DNA of 40,739 nt from a bacterium (GTDB lineage: Bacteria > UBA8248). The position numbers and the translations under genes are program-made. Below, one piece after another: positions 35,449-40,739 of the stretch. The stretch covers positions 1 through 40,739 of the forward strand of contig CAXXHI010000004.1 of the NCBI GenBank assembly GCA_963692865.2, written 5' to 3'. How positions within the stretch are numbered: the stretch's first letter is position 1; every line of letters begins with the position of its first letter. Below the pieces are notes generated by a model. That model saw only the letters and a list, made by a program, of their open reading frames with translations, did no database searches and was not told where the DNA came from.

Positions 35449-36438
35449 ATGCCGAAAGCCGTTTTGTTCGACGAATTGGGCGGCGCGGACGTGCTCCGCG
35501 TGGCGGAGGTTTCCGACTTGCAGCCCGGAGAAGGGGAAGTTCGCATCAAAGTTGAGGCGATAGGGCTCAACCGGGCGGAGATTCTCTTCCGCCATGGCCT
35601 TTACCACGACAAGCCCGAATTCCCCTCCCGAATCGGCTACGAGGCCTGCGGGGCGATAGACGCCGTGGGTCCGGGCGTGGCGGAACTGGCGGTCGGCGAG
35701 CGCGTGAGCACGATTCCTTGCTTCTCGATGGTGGAGCACGGCGTGTGCGGCGAGCAGGCGGTCGTGCCCGCGTTCGCCGCCGCCCGCTACCCCGACAGAC
35801 TCTCGCCCGCCGAGGGCGCCGCCATCTGGATGCAGTATTTCACCGCATACGGCGCGCTCATCGAATTCGGAGGATTGAAGGAGGGCGATACCGTCCTGCT
35901 CACGGCGGCGAGCAGCAGCGTCGGCGTTGCGGCGATACAGATAGCGAAATCCGTGGGCGCGCGGGTGATCGCCACGACGCGCGGGGCGGGCAAGAAGGAT
36001 TTTCTCCTGAACATCGGCGCGAACCGGGTCGTCGTGACGGACGAGGAGGACCTGGCGGAGTCGGTGATGGACATCACGGCCGGCGCGGGCGCCGACGTCG
36101 TCTTCGACCCCGTCGTCGGGTCCACGCTGCCGAAGCTCGCAGACGCGACCGCCTACCAGGGCGCGATTTTCCTCTACGGCCGCCTCTCGCCCGAGGATGC
36201 GGTGATTCCCTTGTTCCCGGCCCTCCGGAAAGGGCTGACCTTCCGGTGCTATACGATCATGGAGATCACGAAGTTCCCGGAAAAAAGGGAGCGGGGGAAG
36301 AAGTTCATCTACGACGGCCTGGAATCGGGCGCGCTCAAGCCCATCATCGCCAGGACGTTCCCGCTCGACGAGGCGGCGGGGGCGTACGAGTACATGGAAT
36401 CCAACCAGCAGATGGGCAAGATCGTCGTCGAGGTGTAG
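35449..36438 (+). CDS. NADPH:quinone reductase-like MDR family oxidoreductase
   Basis: AIGLNRAE, GYEACG, TAYGAL, TAASSSVG and GKIVV; no Zn cysteines. Confidence 0.92.
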   Translation: MPKAVLFDELGGADVLRVAEVSDLQPGEGEVRIKVEAIGLNRAEILFRHGLYHDKPEFPSRIGYEACGAIDAVGPGVAELAVGERVSTIPCFSMVEHGVCGEQAVVPAFAAARYPDRLSPAEGAAIWMQYFTAYGALIEFGGLKEGDTVLLTAASSSVGVAAIQIAKSVGARVIATTRGAGKKDFLLNIGANRVVVTDEEDLAESVMDITAGAGADVVFDPVVGSTLPKLADATAYQGAIFLYGRLSPEDAVIPLFPALRKGLTFRCYTIMEITKFPEKRERGKKFIYDGLESGALKPIIARTFPLDEAAGAYEYMESNQQMGKIVVEV

Positions 36439-36444
36439 GCCTCT

Positions 36445-38099
36445 CTACCCGAACGGGCGGGGGTGGGAGTAGCCCATCTCCTCGCTCGTGATGAACTCGA
36501 GCAGGGCGGGCGTTCCCTCTTCGGTCACACGCCTCGCCTCCAGGAAGGCCGCGCCGACCTCGCCCGGCTCCTCCACGCGCTTCGCCCAGCCGCCGAGCGC
36601 TCTGGCGATGTCGGCGTATTCGCCGCCCACGTCGCGCGTGCCGTATTTCTCATGCGATAGCGCCATGTGGTTCGTCTCCACCGCCATGGTGGAGTTCTTG
36701 AGCAACACGGTGCAGATGGGGAGATTCTCGCGCACGGCGGTCTCGAAATCGAGCCCGGTCATGCCGAACGCCGCGTCTCCCATGAAGTTCACGCAGAACT
36801 TGTCGGGCGCGGCCAGCTTCGCCCCCATGGCGAGGCCGAGCCCGGTGCCGAGCTGGTGGGATTTCCCCCAGCCGAGATAGGACCTCGGCGTGTCGCACAG
36901 ATACATGGGCAGCACCTCGTACCGCGGGTTCCCCGAATCATGCGTCACGACGGCTTCCGCGGGCGGACGTTGCGCATCAGTTCCCGGATCACGCGGTAGG
37001 GGTTGATGGGTTTTTCATCAGATGCGAGCTTGGGCGCCCACTCGTCGAGCCAGGCCTTTCGCGCCTCCGCCACCTGCGCCTGTACTCCTACCCGCCCGCT
37101 CCCCTCCGCGTTCTTCATCCGCTCCGCGCAGCAGTCGATGAACTGGCGCAGCACGAGCTTCGCGTCGCCGAGTACGGGGTAATCGGCGGCGTAGCTCTTG
37201 TTCAGGTCGACCGGGTCGTTCGTCGCGTGGACGATTGCTTTTCCGCCGGGCACGCGCGTGGCGAGGCCGTGGTCGGTGAGGCTCGTGCCGACGGCGAACA
37301 CCAGGCTTGCGTCTTTCAGGAAATGGTAGGCGGGACCCGCCATGACGCTCGAACCCACGCCGAGGGCCAGGGGGTGGTTCGCCTCCGAGATCGCGCTCTT
37401 GCCCTCCATGGTGGTCAGGACGGGAACCCGGAGGAGCTCCGCCAGTTCGCGCAGCTCCTCGGTCGCCTCCGCGTAGAGCACGCCCGCGCCCGCGAGAATC
37501 ACCGGACGCTCGGCCGCCAGCAGCGCTTCTGCTGCGCTCTCCACGTCCTGCGGGTCCGCCTGGGAGCGCGTTCGCTTCACGGGCGCGTAGCCTTCGAGCA
37601 TATCGTCCGAGACTTCCATTCCCGCGATGTCTTCGGGCAACTCCACGAGCACGGGGCCGGGCCGTCCGTTCCTGAGCGCGTGGAAGGCGCGGCGCATGGC
37701 GTCGGCGGTGCGTTCGGGCACGTTGATCTGCTCGGCCGATTTCGTCACCGAGGCGTAGGAGTCGACCGAACTGAACATGGGGAACACGCGGTCGCGCCCC
37801 CTGGCGTGGCCGAGGGGGAGCAGCAGCATTGGCGTGGAATCGGAATACGCGGTGGAGATGCCCGGAAAGGCGTTTTCCGCCCCCGGCCCGTACTGCATGG
37901 TGAACACCGAGGGCGCGGCGCCGTTCGTGACGCGGGCGAAGCCATCGGCGATGCCCACCCCCACGCGCTCCTGGCGGCAGACGATGGGCCGGATGCCGAG
38001 GGCGGCGGCCGCTTCGATCTGGACGGTGGTGGGGTAGCAGTTCAGGTGGCTCACCCCTTCGCGCTTCAGGATTCCGGCGATGACGTCGACGACGCGCAT
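36445..38099 (-). CDS. ThDP-dependent enzyme (acetolactate-synthase-like), split by a single-base deletion at ~36961-36963
   Basis: RQERVG, YGPGAEN and RPGPVLVELP in the 5' ORF; THDSGNPR, LGTGLG and MGDAAFGM..N in the 3' ORF. Adding one C restores NVRPAEAVVTHDSG. Confidence 0.88.
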
Positions 38100-38245
38100 G
38101 TGGCTTCTCCTGTAGGTTCGGTGGACGCGCTTTGAACGATGGAGGGAGTTTCTCACAAGTTTATCGTCAAGGAAATTTACGCGGCCATGCCTCCCCCTCC
38201 CGGGAGATGCCTGTTTCGGCCTTGAACCCCCCAACCCCCCTTGTC

Positions 38246-38795
38246 GGGGCTGTTGAAAAACCCCCCTCTGCCCCGCGGGGAGCGCATCGCATTCTTGTAC
38301 CCCCCTGACAAGGGTTTGTTGAAAAAGCCTTTGCAGGTCAGTCGGTAATCCCGCCGCAGGTCAGACATATATGTCTGACATATCATGCGGCCCGGCCTTT
38401 TTCGCCTCTCCGGCAACGGGCCGCATGATATGCGGCCCCTGCAATCGAGATTGCACGCCGTCATTCCGGCGCATGCCGGAATCCAGGGACTTTGCTTTTG
38501 AATTCGTGTCTTTTCGCATGATTGTTTTTCATGGTCGTCCTGCGGTTCGAAATTCACCTCGGCTCTGGATTCCGTCGAACCCTCCCTCCGCGGTCGGCTC
38601 CGACACCGGAATGACGATCAAAACCGTCGAACCCTCCCTTCCCGGTCGGCTGCATTCGCCGAATCGCGAAATCAGGTGTTTTTCAACATCCCCGACAAGG
38701 GGGGGTAGGGGGGTTGATTCCGACGAGGGGGTTCGCGCGAAAGCGGCCTTCCCGCAAAGGCGATGTCCCCCATGAAGGACTTTTTCAACAACCCC
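38246..38795. mobile_element. Nested MITE-like region F
   Basis: Two left ends (GGGGCTGTTGAAAAA at 38246, GGGTTTGTTGAAAAA at ~38312) and two right ends (TTTTTCAACATCCCC to ~38693, TTTTTCAACAACCCC to ~38795); 20-bp palindrome GTCAGACATATATGTCTGAC; REP pair at ~38459-38616; CCCCTTGTCGGGG-type hairpins. Confidence 0.7.
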
Positions 38796-39077
38796 TTGCC
38801 AGGGGGGCCTTTTTTAACTCCTTGGCGGGGGGCGTCGCTGTTACCCCTTGTCGGGGGGGGGGGGCAACAGTCCTCCGAGAGGGGTCTTGATCGGCTGCCC
38901 CCGCTTCGAGGAGGGCCAACGGGGCCGGGGCTGGCCGCTCAAGCGCACAGTCTGCGAATTTACGCGGGCGGGAGCGCGCTCCGGCGGTTTTCGCTACAAT
39001 GGCCGTCTTCGACCCGACGATGATTTCATGGAGCGGCCCGCGCCGCTCCCGCATCTATCAGAAAAGGAAGCCCGGCC

Positions 39078-39845
39078 ATGGCGAATCGAGAAGCAACCAC
39101 GTATGAAGTGAAGAACCACGTCGCGTACCTGACTCTCAACCGGCCCGAGAAGAAAAACGCCATCAACTACGCCATGCGCAAGGAGGTGCAGGACGCCTAC
39201 GCCGACATCAAGCACAACCCGGACGTCTGGGTGGCCATCATCACGGCGGCGGGGGACGTTTTCTGCTCGGGCAAGGACATCGTGGAGAAGATGCCCGAGA
39301 GCGACGCGCAGGTGATGTCGAACGACGAGCTTTATCTTTATCTCCGCTATCTCTACAAGCCGGTCATCTGCGCCATTAACGGCCCCTGCCTGGCCCAGGG
39401 GGCGGGCTTCGCGCTGAACTCGGACATCCTCATTTTTTCAGAACGCGGTTCCATGGGCTGGCCGCAGGTGCTCCGGGGAATATCCTCGGTCAGCGGCCCG
39501 GCCATGTGCGCGCACGCGATTCCCTGGACGCAGGCGATGAGCTACCTGATGCGCGGCAAGTTCATCCCCGCCGAGGAATGCCTCCGCCTGGGAATCGCCA
39601 CCGAGGTGGTGCCGCACGAGGAGCTTCTCGCAACGGCTGTGCGCTATGCGCACGAAATCCTCGAAGCCGCGCCCATGGCGGTCTGCGCCATCAAGGAGGC
39701 GGCGCGCCGGGGCGAGGACCTGGGCTACCGCGACAGGGTCTACATGTCGCGCGACGTGGCGGACCGCATCCTGCAGACCGAGGATTCCAGGGAGGGCATC
39801 CTCGCCTTCCGCGAGAAGAGAAAGCCCGTCTGGCGGGGCAGGTAA
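39078..39845 (+). CDS. Enoyl-CoA hydratase/isomerase (crotonase) family protein
   Basis: LTLNRPEKKNAI, FCSGKD, KPVICAINGPC and DSREGILAFREKRKP motifs. Confidence 0.92.
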   Translation: MANREATTYEVKNHVAYLTLNRPEKKNAINYAMRKEVQDAYADIKHNPDVWVAIITAAGDVFCSGKDIVEKMPESDAQVMSNDELYLYLRYLYKPVICAINGPCLAQGAGFALNSDILIFSERGSMGWPQVLRGISSVSGPAMCAHAIPWTQAMSYLMRGKFIPAEECLRLGIATEVVPHEELLATAVRYAHEILEAAPMAVCAIKEAARRGEDLGYRDRVYMSRDVADRILQTEDSREGILAFREKRKPVWRGR

Positions 39846-39907
39846 GCTCTGATTTTCGTATTTCCCCTCAATGCAGCCGAGAACGAACGAAATGGAGACG
39901 AGAGCGG

Positions 39908-40739
39908 ATGAGCGATAAACCCGTGGTCTGGGTGGGAACCCCCTTTATCCTGAATTTCGACGACCCGATGGAGATGTTCCGGCCCCTGGTGGAGGAGGGC
40001 CTTGAGGTGCGCCTCGACGAGTGCCGGGGCCACATGCCCGAAGAAGACGTCATCGCGGCCCTGCCGGGCGTCACCGCCGTCATCGCGGGGGCGGAGCCCT
40101 ATACGGCCAAGGTGATGGACGGCGCCCCGGGCGTGCGGATCATCGTGCGCGCGGGCGTGGGCGTGAACAACGTGGACGTACCGGCGGCCACCGAGCGGGG
40201 GGTGGTCGTCGCGAACTCGGCGGGGCAGAACTCACAGTCCGTGGCCGAGCACCTCTTCGGCATGCTGCTCTGCGCCGTCCGGCGCATCGGCTGGCTGGAC
40301 TCGGAAATCCGGAAGGGCCTGTGGCGCGAGATTCAGCCCCCCATGCGCCCCCTGAACGGGATGACGATGGGGATACTGGGGTTCGGCAACATCGGCAAGC
40401 AGGTGGCGAAGCGGGCCGTCGCCTTCGACATGAAGGTGATCGCCCACGACGTCGCGCAAGACGAGGAGACGGCGAAGGCGTTGGGCGTGCGCTTCGTGAG
40501 CCTGGAGGAGCTTGCGAGGGAATCGGACTACCTGACCTGCCACGTGCCCCTGACGCCCGAGACGACGCACATCATAAACCGCGAGATATTAAGCCTCATG
40601 AAGCCCGACGCCTACGTCTTCAACACCTCGCGGGGGCCCGTCTTCGATCTCGACGCCGTTACCGAGGCTCTTCAGAGCGGCGTCATCCGCGGCGCGGGGA
40701 TAGACGTGTTCCCCGAGGAGCCGCCCGATTACGCGCATC
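39908..40739 (+). CDS. D-2-hydroxyacid/phosphoglycerate dehydrogenase-like protein (3'-truncated by the window edge; not in the ORF track)
   Basis: Translated by hand from ATG 39908: RAGVGVNNVD, SVAEH, GFGNIG, HVPLTPET, NTSRG and GIDVFPEEP; GGAG upstream. Confidence 0.9.
   Translation, partial: MSDKPVVWVGTPFILNFDDPMEMFRPLVEEGLEVRLDECRGHMPEEDVIAALPGVTAVIAGAEPYTAKVMDGAPGVRIIVRAGVGVNNVDVPAATERGVVVANSAGQNSQSVAEHLFGMLLCAVRRIGWLDSEIRKGLWREIQPPMRPLNGMTMGILGFGNIGKQVAKRAVAFDMKVIAHDVAQDEETAKALGVRFVSLEELARESDYLTCHVPLTPETTHIINREILSLMKPDAYVFNTSRGPVFDLDAVTEALQSGVIRGAGIDVFPEEPPDYAH

Noticed and set aside
12102-38795. Repeated palindromes considered as a CRISPR array or integron attC sites
   Set aside because: They are dispersed and inverted rather than regularly spaced direct repeats; there are no cas or integrase genes and no GTTRRRY/RYYYAAC cassette ends.
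38853-38864. G12 homopolymer as a phase-variation tract
   Set aside because: It lies within a CCCCTTGTCGGGG-type repeat remnant, over 200 bp from the next start codon; its length is unreliable and no link to a promoter is evident.

Overview
GC-rich bacterial contig (probably a metagenome-assembled, catabolically versatile heterotroph; the taxon cannot be fixed from sequence alone). It is dominated by small-molecule catabolism genes: a Baeyer-Villiger monooxygenase, an Fe3+/thiamine-type ABC importer followed by a DHDPS-family aldolase and a ThDP enzyme, a SnoaL protein, Fe- and Zn-alcohol dehydrogenases, a cupin, a ketopantoate-reductase-family enzyme, three acyl-CoA dehydrogenases, a class IV aminotransferase, a second DHDPS-family protein, two D-2-hydroxyacid dehydrogenases, a dienelactone hydrolase, an LVIVD protein, a LigA/LigB-type dioxygenase, a quinone oxidoreductase, a second ThDP enzyme and a crotonase. 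Many of these enzymes have non-canonical catalytic motifs. An rhlE DEAD-box helicase is also present. Three AT-richer, defence-like inserts interrupt the backbone: (i) the 3' end of a DUF6339-like gene abutting a truncated amidase, (ii) a protein made of two tandem GIY-YIG-like nuclease domains, the second apparently catalytically degenerate, with a divergent 57-aa ORF, and (iii) a HipA-family kinase translationally coupled to a HipS-HIRAN protein. Six intergenic regions carry a modular MITE-like family with GGGnTGTTGAAAAA-type terminal inverted repeats and several REP-hairpin families as cargo. Two genes are split by single-base homopolymer frameshifts (possibly sequencing errors). No rRNA, tRNA, CRISPR array or transposase was recognised.
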